Below are positions 10,326-20,195 of a stretch of 64,000 nt of DNA, in pieces. Source of the stretch: a bacterium (GTDB taxonomy: Bacteria; Zhuqueibacterota; Zhuqueibacteria; Residuimicrobiales; Krinioviventaceae); NCBI GenBank assembly GCA_963693055.1, contig OY843751.1, positions 128,001 to 192,000 of the forward strand, read 5' to 3'. The notes beneath the pieces are model-generated. The model was not told the origin of the DNA. It ran no database searches and saw only the letters and a program-made list of their open reading frames with translations. How positions within the stretch are numbered: the first letter of the stretch is position 1; every line of letters starts with the position of its first letter. A program made the position numbers and the translations under genes.

Positions 10326-10658
10326 ATGAACAAAGAATTAGAAGCCTTGATAACCCTGCAAGATATTGATTTGATGATTGAAGAAGCCAATGAAGTTGAA
10401 AAACTCGGCTTTTCCATTACCGGCAATACTGAACTTGCCAAAGCCCGCGAAGAAATGGCATCCAAGATTAAAAAGCCCTTGTTATTCAGATACGAAAGAT
10501 TACGCGCTAAATTGAAACGCGCCATCGTTCCGGTAAAAAATGATATCTGCCTGGGTTGTTTCCTCAGACAACCTACATCTATAGGCGCAAAAGGTAGAGA
10601 AGAGAGCGATCTGTTTACCTGTGAAAATTGCGGCCGAATGCTTTATTGGCTGGACTGA
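10326..10658 (+). CDS. C4-type zinc-ribbon protein (short DUF164-like)
   Basis: LQDIDL coiled start, CLGC...CENCGRMLY. Confidence 0.8.
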   Translation: MNKELEALITLQDIDLMIEEANEVEKLGFSITGNTELAKAREEMASKIKKPLLFRYERLRAKLKRAIVPVKNDICLGCFLRQPTSIGAKGREESDLFTCENCGRMLYWLD

Positions 10659-10673
10659 TTGATACTGATAATC

Positions 10674-10706
10674 AAAAAAGGCTGCTTGAAAAAGCAGCCT
10701 TTTTTT
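10674..10706. terminator. Bidirectional intrinsic terminator
   Basis: A6-GGCTGCTT...AAGCAGCC-T run between convergent genes. Confidence 0.88.
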
Positions 10707-11898
10707 AGATAATGCCTAATTTCTTTCCCACGATTCCAAAGATTTCAAGGACCTGGTCCAATTCTTCCTCAGAGTGGGTTGCCATGTAACTGGTACGCAG
10801 TAAAGACATTCCGGGTGGTACTGCAGGACTTATCACCGGATTTACAAAAACGCCCGCTTCAAACAACATTTTCCAGAACATAAAAGTTTTGTCATCTTTT
10901 CCAATAATAATGGGTATGATAGGAGTTTCTGTGTTTCCGGTATTGAAACCTAGATCCTCATAGCCTTTTTTCATTTTACGATAATTGTTCCAAAGCTTGT
11001 CAATGCGTTCCGGTTCCTGTTGCATGATTTCGAGACATTTAAGTACAGTTGCAACTGCTGCAGGCGGTGGGCTGGCGGAAAATATTAGTGCACGTGAATT
11101 GTGTTTGATGAAATGGATTACATCTTCCGCACCTGCTATGAATCCACCAATGCTTGCAAAAGTTTTGCTGAATGTTCCCATTACCAGATCTACTTCTTTT
11201 TCCAATCCGAAATGAGATGCGGTACCGCGGCCATTGTTTCCCAGTATACCAATAGAGTGGGCATCATCCACCATTATACGTGCATTATGTTTTTGTGCAA
11301 TTTTAACCAATTCAGGCAGGTTCACAATATCCCCACCCATGCTAAAAACACCATCCGTTACAACGAGTGTGCCGTGATCGTTATTGTTATTGAGTGTTAA
11401 GACACGATCCAGATCTTCCATATCGTTATGGCGGTAATGCAATGCCTTGCCGAATGAGAGACGCGTACCATCAACGATGCTGGCGTGGTTTTCATTGTCG
11501 CCAACTATCAGATCTTTTCGTCCCACAATTGTAGAAATGGTGCCCTGGTTGGTTTGAAATCCGGTTGAAAACAGCAGCGAGGCTTCCATATTCATAAATT
11601 CAGCCAGTTTGTCTTCAAGCTCTTCATGAATATCGAGCGTACCGTTCAAGAATCGAGAACCGGTACAACCTGAGCCATATTTGTCAATAGCGTCTTTTGC
11701 TGCCTGTTTTACCCGCTCATCCTGGGTGAGACCCAAGTAATTGTTGGAGCCAATCATGATCATTTTTTGTCCGTTGATACGGACTTCTGTGTCGGCCCCG
11801 GTTTCTATTGCTTTGAAATAGGGATACCAGCCATCCTGCAATGCCTGTCGCGCTCTTGCCGCAACTCCTCCTGAACACTTGCTAAACAGGTCTGCCAA
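10705..11898 (-). CDS. spt: Alpha-oxoamine synthase, serine palmitoyltransferase-like
   Basis: YPYF, GSNNYLGLT, GSRFLNGTLD, DDAH, GTFSKT (PLP Lys), IFSAS; this motif set matches bacterial SPT better than BioF or Kbl. Confidence 0.75.
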   Translation of the reverse strand: MADLFSKCSGGVAARARQALQDGWYPYFKAIETGADTEVRINGQKMIMIGSNNYLGLTQDERVKQAAKDAIDKYGSGCTGSRFLNGTLDIHEELEDKLAEFMNMEASLLFSTGFQTNQGTISTIVGRKDLIVGDNENHASIVDGTRLSFGKALHYRHNDMEDLDRVLTLNNNNDHGTLVVTDGVFSMGGDIVNLPELVKIAQKHNARIMVDDAHSIGILGNNGRGTASHFGLEKEVDLVMGTFSKTFASIGGFIAGAEDVIHFIKHNSRALIFSASPPPAAVATVLKCLEIMQQEPERIDKLWNNYRKMKKGYEDLGFNTGNTETPIIPIIIGKDDKTFMFWKMLFEAGVFVNPVISPAVPPGMSLLRTSYMATHSEEELDQVLEIFGIVGKKLGII

Positions 11899-12111
11899 TC
11901 TTATTCTCCTTACCGTTCTATCTATATTAAATTTGATTACAAAAACAAGTGTTGATAATGTTGTACATTCAGATAGGTGATCTTTGCTAATATAGGAATT
12001 CGCCTACATTTTGTCAAGAAATTACTCTGAATTTGAAATCAGGAGAATTAAATGTTCTTGAGAAAAATTTGTTGAATGCTTACCTTAATTTATAAATTCA
12101 AGGAGGAAGTT

Positions 12112-13089
12112 TTGATAGCGCTGGTAACCGGAAGCAATGGATTTATTGGCTCATTTCTGGTAGAACATTTAATTCAGCAGGGGCATACTGTCAGGTGCCT
12201 GGTGCGTAAAACCAGTAATCTGAAATGGCTGAATGGTCTTGATGTAGAATATGTTTACGGAGAGTTGAATGATCCTGCCAGCCTGAATTTGGCTGTTAAA
12301 GATGTGGATTGGGTATTTCATCTTGCAGGTGTGACCAAAGCCCGGGATGAAGCGGGCTACATTAAAGCCAACACAACCGGTACCCGAAACCTGTTGAATG
12401 CTTGTCGGGATCATTCGAACATTAATAAATTTGTTTTTGTCTCCAGTCAGGCTGCGGGAGGGCCAGCTGTCAATGGTAAGGCACGGACTGAGTTTGACGA
12501 GCCTGCACCGGTATCCGCTTATGGGCGCTCTAAATTACTTGCGGAAAATGCCGTTCTGGATTACAAGGATGCATTTCCGGTCACCATCATCCGGCCGCCA
12601 TCGGTCTATGGTCCCCGTGATGTGGATGTGTACCAGATATTTCAGCAGGTCAACCGGGGGTTGCTGCCGGTTTTGGGTTTCGGTAATGGACGCGCAAGTA
12701 TGGTTTATATCGATGATCTGTTGGACGGGATGCTGCTTGCCGCGCAGGACCCAAAAGCGGACGGAAAGATTTTTTACATCTCGGGCGATGGCGAGCCCAC
12801 ATGGAAAGCCATTGGCAGATTGTTGGGACATGCACTGAGGAAAAAGCCGGTTACGTTGTTTGTACCCCCGTTTGTGTTGGATCTGCTATCGTTTTATGGA
12901 TTGGCAGTCACTCGTATAACCGGTAAAACTCCGCTGTTGAATCCCGACAAGATCCGTGAGATGAAGCAAAAACACTGGCTGTGCTCAAATCAGCGCGCCA
13001 AAAAAGAACTGGGCTACGCACCGAAAATCCCCTTGGCAGAGGGATTTGTACGCACCGCAGAATGGTATAAAAACGAGGGATGGTTGTAA
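12112..13089 (+). CDS. Extended SDR / NAD-dependent epimerase-reductase
   Basis: VTGSNGFIG, YGRSK, RPPSVYGPRD; probable TTG start 12112 after AGGAGG. Confidence 0.85.
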   Translation: MIALVTGSNGFIGSFLVEHLIQQGHTVRCLVRKTSNLKWLNGLDVEYVYGELNDPASLNLAVKDVDWVFHLAGVTKARDEAGYIKANTTGTRNLLNACRDHSNINKFVFVSSQAAGGPAVNGKARTEFDEPAPVSAYGRSKLLAENAVLDYKDAFPVTIIRPPSVYGPRDVDVYQIFQQVNRGLLPVLGFGNGRASMVYIDDLLDGMLLAAQDPKADGKIFYISGDGEPTWKAIGRLLGHALRKKPVTLFVPPFVLDLLSFYGLAVTRITGKTPLLNPDKIREMKQKHWLCSNQRAKKELGYAPKIPLAEGFVRTAEWYKNEGWL

Positions 13090-13095
13090 TCCTTT

Positions 13096-14094
13096 TCAAT
13101 CCACCAGCACCGGCATGTCCCCGTTCCAGGTGACGCGTTTTTTAGACAGATACCAGGTTTTGCCGTTATCATTGTTTCCCTGGAAGAACAGATAAATCTG
13201 TCCGTCCTGGTCCACAAACACCCCGGGATGCCCGGACTCGCTGGCGTTCCATTCCCCCGGATTCCCATTGGGCAGTATGGGACTTTGCGACAGTCGTTTC
13301 CATTGGATTCCGTCCCGGCTCACTGCACAACCGATCTGCTGTGGCTGGTTGTTATAGGCCCCGGCGTAAAACATGTACAATTTTTCATTATGCTCAAACA
13401 CGGTTGCCGCTTCAATACAGGTTTTTTCCCAGTCCAGTTCGGGTACCAAAATGGGATAATCGGTGAGCTGTTTCCAGGTATCCCTGCCATAATCCGAGTT
13501 AAGCGGGGCCGCTGCCACGCCCTGTATCTGATAGGTGTACGAGGTGTCGCGTGTGGCAAAATAGAGCAGCAGCTTATCTTGCCAGGCAAAAGCATCCGCA
13601 TCAATGGCGCGGCCAATGGTCCATTCCCCATGCGGAGCGAATATGGGATTGCTCTCATTGCGGGTAAAATGGATACCGTCAACAGACCATGCGTGACAAA
13701 TGGCATCTTTTTCACGATTGCCATAGGTCTGGTAAAACAGGTGCAGGGTGTCGTTCAGCACAATGGCACCGGGTGCGCATATACCCTTGCTCTCATAATC
13801 ATGCGCGGGCGGGAGCTCTGCAATCTTTTGCCAGTGGGTCAGGTCTTTGCTTTCGGCAATGCCAATACCATAACCGTCGTTTTCGCGTCCGTCTCTGAAT
13901 GGGCGCATGGTATAGTACAGCAAATACCGTCCTTTGTACCAGGCCACATCCGGGTCTTTGGCAAAGGGCTCACCTCGTGAAGAATCCGCAAACATCATGG
14001 CGGGTTTAGCGCCTGTTTGCGGCACGGTTTCCGATTGGCTGCAGAATACCAGTAATGCTGCCAAAAAGAGTGTGCTCAACACCAGCTTTTTCAT
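13096..14094 (-). CDS. Five-bladed beta-propeller glycoside hydrolase (GH43/GH32-clan-like), lipoprotein
   Basis: AKDPDV, ICAPGA, AIDAD, CIEAA, SGHPGV; signal peptide with Cys. Confidence 0.75.
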   Translation of the reverse strand: MKKLVLSTLFLAALLVFCSQSETVPQTGAKPAMMFADSSRGEPFAKDPDVAWYKGRYLLYYTMRPFRDGRENDGYGIGIAESKDLTHWQKIAELPPAHDYESKGICAPGAIVLNDTLHLFYQTYGNREKDAICHAWSVDGIHFTRNESNPIFAPHGEWTIGRAIDADAFAWQDKLLLYFATRDTSYTYQIQGVAAAPLNSDYGRDTWKQLTDYPILVPELDWEKTCIEAATVFEHNEKLYMFYAGAYNNQPQQIGCAVSRDGIQWKRLSQSPILPNGNPGEWNASESGHPGVFVDQDGQIYLFFQGNNDNGKTWYLSKKRVTWNGDMPVLVD

Positions 14095-15261
14095 CTAGTC
14101 TACCTTTTCCCTGAAATTCTCGATGCGATGAAAGGTTATATAGTTTGCATCGTGACAACCGGGGGGTGTTTCTTTACCGTCATCCCAGGCTGTGCGGGAT
14201 ACAAAGATGATATCGTCACCCTCAAAATGCCAGTCGGTGTACTGGAACCCGGTGATCTTGAAATTGGGATTCTCTAAAATAACCGCACGGATTTCCCAGT
14301 TTTTCAGGTCTTTGGAGCGGATGAGTGCCTGGGTGTTGCGGGTACGTTCAGGGTTCGGATTGCGGTATTTTTCCTGTATCCAGTTGGATAAGGACCAGTA
14401 ATATCCGGATTCGGGGTCAAACCGTATGGAGAATTTCTTGCATCCACCGGGGAATTCGATAATGTCGTCAGGGGGATTAAATTCGGATTTCCCGTCCGGT
14501 TGAATGTGGATGACCGCAGCCGTGCCGCCGGTTTCGGTATCGTGACGCAGAATGTTAACCAGCTCGCCGTCAGGGGTGAATATAGCATTACCTTCCAAAA
14601 ATCCGCCGCCGGGCCATTCCGTGTTCCAGGGAATACGTTCCGATTCGGTCCAGGATGATGCGTCCAACAGGTCTGCGTCTACCGGTGCGGACATGGTAAA
14701 CGAGATAAAACATTCACCCCATTTTTTAGACTTGTCGGTTTCTTCGAAAGAGCGGTACAATCTGCCGTTATGTTCGGTAACAGGCATAGGAGCGCAGTGA
14801 TAATGACCGTCATTGTGCAGCAGACCGGATTTCTCATCAACAGGTTCGGTCCAGGTAGCACCGCCATCGTCCGAACGCCGGATGATCATTTGTCCATGCT
14901 GATTATTGGTGCCCAGAATATAAAGCGCCCCCTTGTGCACAAACAAATTAGACCAGAACTGTTTTTCAAGTGTGGCAATCAGTTTCCAGGTTTTACCCTT
15001 GTCCGTTGATCTGAAAATGCGGCTCTTTGAGTCATCCGCTTCCTTGGAATTGGGGCCAAAAAAATCATGCGAGGCCACATAGCTGCCATCCGGCAGAATC
15101 GCCAAACTGGGAGAGCCCATATATAATCCTGATGACGGGGCAGAATAGGTCACAACCACTCCGGGGGGAGGCGTGTAAACATCTTTGGAAGCGCATCCGG
15201 TTATTATAAATATTGAACAGAGAACAATGGATACCCATGCTACAATTCTTGGTTTTGACAT
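14095..15261 (-). CDS. BNR/Asp-box sialidase-like lipoprotein, paralog A
   Basis: STDKGKTW and SDDGGATW Asp boxes; ITGC lipobox. Confidence 0.8.
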   Translation of the reverse strand: MSKPRIVAWVSIVLCSIFIITGCASKDVYTPPPGVVVTYSAPSSGLYMGSPSLAILPDGSYVASHDFFGPNSKEADDSKSRIFRSTDKGKTWKLIATLEKQFWSNLFVHKGALYILGTNNQHGQMIIRRSDDGGATWTEPVDEKSGLLHNDGHYHCAPMPVTEHNGRLYRSFEETDKSKKWGECFISFTMSAPVDADLLDASSWTESERIPWNTEWPGGGFLEGNAIFTPDGELVNILRHDTETGGTAAVIHIQPDGKSEFNPPDDIIEFPGGCKKFSIRFDPESGYYWSLSNWIQEKYRNPNPERTRNTQALIRSKDLKNWEIRAVILENPNFKITGFQYTDWHFEGDDIIFVSRTAWDDGKETPPGCHDANYITFHRIENFREKVD

Positions 15262-15311
15262 GGAGCGTGATTCCTTTTATGGTGTATGTTTTGTTGTTTA
15301 TTCTTGGTTTA

Positions 15312-16472
15312 TTAATCCATTTTTGTTCTAAAGTTTTTGATACGGTGAAAAGTTATATAATTGGCATCATGGCAATTGGTGGGTGTGCCCCTGCCGTCAT
15401 CCCAGGCCGTGCGCGACAGGAATATGATGTCGTTTCCCTCGAATTGCCAATCCACATACTGGAAACCGGTAATTTTGACATCCGGGTGTTCTAGAATGAT
15501 AGAGCGGATTTCCCAGTTCAGCAGGTCTTTTGAACGAATAAGCGTTTGCGTATTGCGTACCATAGAAGGGGTTGGGGTTCGATATTTTTCCTGGATCCAG
15601 TTGGATAATGACCAGTAATATCCGGATTCCGGATCAAAACGAATGACGAATTTTTTACTGCCGCCGGGAAAGGAAATTATATTTTTAGCAGGATCGAATT
15701 GGGAAGAGCCATCCGGGTTAATGTGGATGACTGTAGCAGAGCCGCCATTTTTTGAATCATGACGAAGGATGTTTAACAGGTTTCCCTCAGGTGTGAATAC
15801 GGCATTGCCTTCAAGATAACCGTTGCCGGGCCATTCAGGATTAAAGGGAATGCGCTCTGTACTGGTCCAGGATGCGGCATTAAGCAGATCGGCATCTACC
15901 GGCGCGGATATAACAAAAGCGAGAAAGCTTTCACCCCAACCGTTGAGGTCTCTGCGCTCTTCAAATGCACGATACAGTCTGCCGTTATGTTCGATTACCG
16001 GCATGGGCGCGCAATGATATTTACTATCACTGTACAAAAGACCGGATTTGTCGTCAACCGGCTCTGTCCATGTTACACCACCATCATCAGAACGTCGGAT
16101 TGACATAAAACCCGTTTGATTGCGGGTACCCAGAATATAGAGGGCGCCCTTGTGCACAAACAGATTGGACCAGTACTGATATTTAATAGTAGAAATCTGT
16201 TTCCAGGTTTCACCCTTGTCTGTTGATTTGAAGATTCTTGTAATAGCTTCAGTATGTTCAGTTGAATTGGGTCCATACTCGTCGTGCGAGGCCAGATAAC
16301 TGCCGTCCGGCAGAATTGCCAGGCTGGGAGAACCGGTATAAATCCCGGAAGATGGTGGAGAATAGGTCACTACCACACCGGGTGGCGGGCTAATTTCTGA
16401 TTTGGGGGAACAGCCGGTTAATGCAAGAATACAAAGAGTGATAATGCCGAATAAAAAAAACCTGGATTTCAT
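15312..16472 (-). CDS. BNR/Asp-box sialidase-like lipoprotein, paralog B
   Basis: STDKGETW, SDDGGVTW; LTGC lipobox; collinear with paralog A. Confidence 0.8.
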   Translation of the reverse strand: MKSRFFLFGIITLCILALTGCSPKSEISPPPGVVVTYSPPSSGIYTGSPSLAILPDGSYLASHDEYGPNSTEHTEAITRIFKSTDKGETWKQISTIKYQYWSNLFVHKGALYILGTRNQTGFMSIRRSDDGGVTWTEPVDDKSGLLYSDSKYHCAPMPVIEHNGRLYRAFEERRDLNGWGESFLAFVISAPVDADLLNAASWTSTERIPFNPEWPGNGYLEGNAVFTPEGNLLNILRHDSKNGGSATVIHINPDGSSQFDPAKNIISFPGGSKKFVIRFDPESGYYWSLSNWIQEKYRTPTPSMVRNTQTLIRSKDLLNWEIRSIILEHPDVKITGFQYVDWQFEGNDIIFLSRTAWDDGRGTPTNCHDANYITFHRIKNFRTKMD

Positions 16473-16568
16473 GAATAGCTCCGTTTCAAGTTAGAATTTT
16501 TAACAATAATATTTTTAAGATTTTGACAAAACCGTGCCCCTTTTGGTTTGTGATGTATTGTATTGCTA

Positions 16569-17804
16569 TTATTTTATCTCCCGAATGGCCCGAATGCGTT
16601 CCATCACCGGTGGGTGAGAATAGTTGAAAAACACATAAACCGGATGCGGACGCAGGTTGCCAAGATTGTGCACCACCAGCTTTTTCAAAGCTTCGATAAA
16701 GGTCTCACCCTCTTTGGTGGTCTCTACCGCGAACCGGTCCGCTTCGTACTCGTGTTTGCGTGAGGATATCTGCATGAAAATAGACAAGATCATTTCAATG
16801 GGGGAGTAGAGCATCCCAAAGAATAACAGTCCGGCATATACGGATATATTCTGCATATAAAACGCGTCAAACAATCCTTTTTGTGAAATAAACAGCGACA
16901 GCAGAAAAAACATTACACCCGAGTGTGCAATACTGATAATCATACCTTTGAGGATGTGTTTCTTTTTATAATGCCCGATCTCGTGCGCAAGCACACCCAC
17001 CAGCTCGCCAACGGTATGTCGTTCTACCAGGGTGTCGAACAAGGCGATGCGTTTGTTCTTGCCGAATCCGGTGAAAAACGCATTGGATTTGCTGGAGCGT
17101 TTAGAGCCGTCCATAATCATTACTTCTTTGAGCGGGAACTTTACCTCTTTTGCCATTTGCATGATACTGCTTTTGAGCTCGCCGTCTTCAATGGGCTTGA
17201 ATTTGTTAAACAGGGGCATGATCCATGTGGGGGCAATGTACTGGATGATGAGTGTGAAAATAGTTACCACAATCCAGCAATACAGCCAGGCCAGACTGCC
17301 GGCGTACTGGAAAAATGCCAAAACGCCTGCCAGCAGTGGCCCCCCAATGAGGATGCCAAGAAAGATACCTTTGATGATATCCAGAATAAACGTTTTTACC
17401 GTGGTTTGATTGAATCCGAATTTTTCTTCAATCACAAATGTGGAATAGATGCTGAACGGCAGCCCGATGATCATACGCGCCGCTACAAGAATGCCCATAT
17501 AGGCCAGACCGGTCAAGATCTCGTGCAGGTTCCAGGCGCGCACAATGGAATCCAGATACTGGAATCCACCCGCGAACCAAAATACCAGGGTGACAACCAG
17601 CCCGAAGGTAGCGGTTATGAAACCAAAACGGGTATTGACACGGGTATAATCCTGTGATTTACGGTACTTTTCCGCGTCGTAATAGCCCTCAAATTCCTGC
17701 GGCAGCTCACCGCTAAGAGATTTCAGGTTGAGCAGGTCTGTTATCAGATCAATTACATAATCCAGAATAATTGTAGCGAGTATAATAATAGCATATATGT
17801 TCAT
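16569..17804 (-). CDS. M48 (Ste24-like) membrane metallopeptidase
   Basis: HEIGH, SNAFFTGFG, EYEADRF, YSHPP. Confidence 0.93.
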   Translation of the reverse strand: MNIYAIIILATIILDYVIDLITDLLNLKSLSGELPQEFEGYYDAEKYRKSQDYTRVNTRFGFITATFGLVVTLVFWFAGGFQYLDSIVRAWNLHEILTGLAYMGILVAARMIIGLPFSIYSTFVIEEKFGFNQTTVKTFILDIIKGIFLGILIGGPLLAGVLAFFQYAGSLAWLYCWIVVTIFTLIIQYIAPTWIMPLFNKFKPIEDGELKSSIMQMAKEVKFPLKEVMIMDGSKRSSKSNAFFTGFGKNKRIALFDTLVERHTVGELVGVLAHEIGHYKKKHILKGMIISIAHSGVMFFLLSLFISQKGLFDAFYMQNISVYAGLLFFGMLYSPIEMILSIFMQISSRKHEYEADRFAVETTKEGETFIEALKKLVVHNLGNLRPHPVYVFFNYSHPPVMERIRAIREIK

Positions 17805-17816
17805 TGGGCATTCCTG

Positions 17817-19061
17817 TTATTGATTCATGGGTACGGTTGCTTTATAGAGCAGTGCGGGTGACTCTGTTTTTACGGAATAGGGCATATCAGCGGGAACGAA
17901 AAACGCCTCGCCCCGTTTGCGGTTGATCACATTGGTTTTGCCGCAAACGTCTACTGATCCCTCTAAAACGATCCATATATCGGCGCCGTGTTGTTCCTGG
18001 CTTTTATATCGATTATCACGATCAATACAAACACGGGACAGTTCAAAATCAGGTGCCGGGGTAGAGTAGACAGATTCAACTTTGGAAATATTTTCTCCCC
18101 TGATGATATCGGGGTGTTGGCCTTTAAAATTCAGGGTTTTTAGCAGTTCCGGTACATCCACATGTTTGGGGGTTAATCCCCCGCGCAGCACATTGTCCGA
18201 GTTTGCCATCAATTCCATATTGGTGCCCTGCAGATAGGCGTGCGGTGCTCCGGCTGCCTGAAAAGTGGCTTCCCCGGGTTTGAGGTGGATCAAATTAAAC
18301 AGATAAAGAGAAAATATCCCCCGATCGCGATGACCGCCTTCAATTGGGAATTTTATTGATGCCTGTACTGCCCAGTAATCGGGGTTCTCTTTGTTCAATT
18401 CACGATTGTAATATTTGGGTGTCAAGCGGCTCAGCATGGGATTCAGGATTGAATCCACTTCTGTTTGGGGCAGCTGCATGATATGACTATACAGTGCCTC
18501 AATGCCACCCTCTTTAAAAACGGGCAACAGTGATGCAAACTCTTCGGTCTTTTCTAAAAGATGATCAATCTCCTGGGCTTCGCGAAAGCTGTGCAGCATC
18601 CAAAAATCGGTCAGGGCTACATGCACTTCCGGCTTGTGGTTGTCGTCTTTGTAATTGCGGTTTGGTGCATTCAGCGCAATGCCTGCCTTGTTTTCACGTT
18701 CAAAGCCAGCTTCTGCCTGTTCCTTTGAGGGGTGCACCTGAATAGAGAGCATGTCTCTTGCGTCCAATACTTTGAACAGATACGGCAAACTTGGGCCAAA
18801 CCGATCAAGGGTTTCTTTGCCAAGCAGCATGTCCGGCGATTTGTTGATCAGTTCATTCAATAACGCCTGATCGTCATGAACGCAGGCCGTTGAAGGGGCC
18901 TTGTCGTGCGCGCCTAGCCAGTATTCGGCAAAAGATTTTTGGTCATTGTTTTCAATGTTAATCAAATTGGGGATATAGCGGGTGCCGCCCCAACTGTAAT
19001 GCTGTACAACACCTGTTAATTCAAAAATATATGGTTTTTTTAACGGTTCTGATAAGCTCAT
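17817..19061 (-). CDS. manA: Mannose-6-phosphate isomerase class I
   Basis: QHYSWG, LSIQVHP, YKDDNHKPE, MANSDNVLRGGLT; start ATG 19061. Confidence 0.93.
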   Translation of the reverse strand: MSLSEPLKKPYIFELTGVVQHYSWGGTRYIPNLINIENNDQKSFAEYWLGAHDKAPSTACVHDDQALLNELINKSPDMLLGKETLDRFGPSLPYLFKVLDARDMLSIQVHPSKEQAEAGFERENKAGIALNAPNRNYKDDNHKPEVHVALTDFWMLHSFREAQEIDHLLEKTEEFASLLPVFKEGGIEALYSHIMQLPQTEVDSILNPMLSRLTPKYYNRELNKENPDYWAVQASIKFPIEGGHRDRGIFSLYLFNLIHLKPGEATFQAAGAPHAYLQGTNMELMANSDNVLRGGLTPKHVDVPELLKTLNFKGQHPDIIRGENISKVESVYSTPAPDFELSRVCIDRDNRYKSQEQHGADIWIVLEGSVDVCGKTNVINRKRGEAFFVPADMPYSVKTESPALLYKATVPMNQ

Positions 19062-19223
19062 AGAATCTCCGGTTTTCTTATAAAATACTAATTTATAAAC
19101 ATTATTGAAACAGTAAAATTGGACCGTTCTGTTCATTGCTTTGCTTGTCAGGTAAAAAGAAATAGTCCGTAGCCAGAGCCTGTGGCCCGGGTTTCATACA
19201 TTTAAAAAAATCCCGGGAGAATT

Positions 19224-19846
19224 GTCTGAATTAAGATTTTTAAGATTCAAGGATGAAAGGATAAAAAATAGGCCCGATTAGCTGTAGAACGGATTTTTTT
19301 TCGTTTACCCACCTCAGGTGGGTTATAAATAACCGCAGATTAAAATGTTTTCTTTGTGGCTTAATGCCTTTGTGAGATTTTTTTATGGGTCACACAAAGG
19401 CGCCAAGGCACCAAGAAAAACAGCCATACTATGATTCGTGGGCAATTTGCCGATCATGACGGAGAAAAGTGCAGCGTTCTGCCTCACGCTTAAAAGCCGG
19501 TTGCTGAATGCGAGTCTGTTAAAGCGGACGAGCGTATCGAAGCATTGGCGATTCATTCTCGTGTACGGGCTCGACCTGGTTTCGCATCGTCTGAATTAAG
19601 ATTAATAGGATGAAAAGATTATAGGACTAAAAACAAACCAAAGTGACACAAACAATGTAGAACGAAATGTATTTCGTTTGTCCGCTGAAAGCGGACTGCC
19701 TCCCTTTATTATCAATAACCGGTGCCTGAGTTTGAATCCATTCGCCAAGGGTGAATGGATTCAAGTATCGAAGGCCTGGTATGAATCTTGTTTTTTTCTA
19801 TGATTGCGACATAGATTTTTTGCATCGCGGCATGTTGACTCGGGAC
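19224..19846. repeat. Mosaic of several REP/MITE-like palindromic repeat families
   Basis: GTCTGAATTAAGATT at 19224 and 19589; TGTAGAACG..TTTCGTTT plus hairpin at 19283 and 19656; CCGGT..CTGA..hairpin..GTATCGAAG at 19497 and 19719; imperfect inverted repeat 19348-19419; TGACGGAGA..GCGTTCT at 19457, also found at 37232. Confidence 0.75.
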
Positions 19847-19947
19847 GTAACAAAGAACAAGGGCCGTTTACTCTTTCTCCTCCTGGTCCCAATCCCCTCG
19901 GTTAGTGATAACCGATAACAAAAAATTGCTCAAGAACACAATTCCTC

Positions 19948-19976
19948 TTGACAAGATCGAAAAATTTATCTATCCT
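19948..19976 (+). promoter_or_regulatory. sigma70 promoter of unit 1
   Basis: TTGACA-17 bp-TATCCT; same position in unit 2. Confidence 0.75.
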
Positions 19977-19986
19977 AAAAAGGAAA

Positions 19987-20195
19987 AGTGCTGGATTTAT
20001 AAATTATAACGAGTGACGAGGGAACTCGTTTGTAATTCAGCGCTTCACGGGGTCGTACTACACGTGAATACTGTAATCTAATTCGCAAAGAGATGCTCAT
20101 GTACTGTGGGGTACAATATGAAAGCAAGGGGAGACGCCTTCAGGCCGCCGTAGAGGTATGCTAAATTCAAGATCAATTTATAAAAGGAGTTAATA
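19987..20195 (+). ncRNA. Putative structured 5' leader RNA, copy 1 (family not recognised)
   Basis: About 13 differences in about 210 nt versus copy 2 (manual count). Stems AGTGCTGGAT/ATTCAGCGCT, TTCACG/CGTGAA, TGCT-CAT-GTAC/GTAC-ATG-AGCA, AAGG/CCTT. Confidence 0.55.

Noticed and set aside
13228-17657. Long antisense ORFs 13228..13980 and 16923..17657
   Set aside because: Each is fully opposite a well-supported gene and has no recognisable motifs.
19224-19775. CRISPR array
   Set aside because: Each motif occurs only twice, at 220-370 bp spacing; there is no regular repeat-spacer pattern and no cas gene.
19804-19815. TTGCGACATAGA shared with 42796 as ends of a 23-kb element
   Set aside because: The 19804 copy is explained as a degenerate arm of the CGCGATGCAGA palindrome, and a 12-bp match with no mobility gene is weak.
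19987-20195. SAM-I, glycine or c-di-GMP riboswitch
   Set aside because: Only short words match (GAGGGA, TGCTAAAT, CGCAAAG, TCAGG); the core consensus order and pairings are missing.
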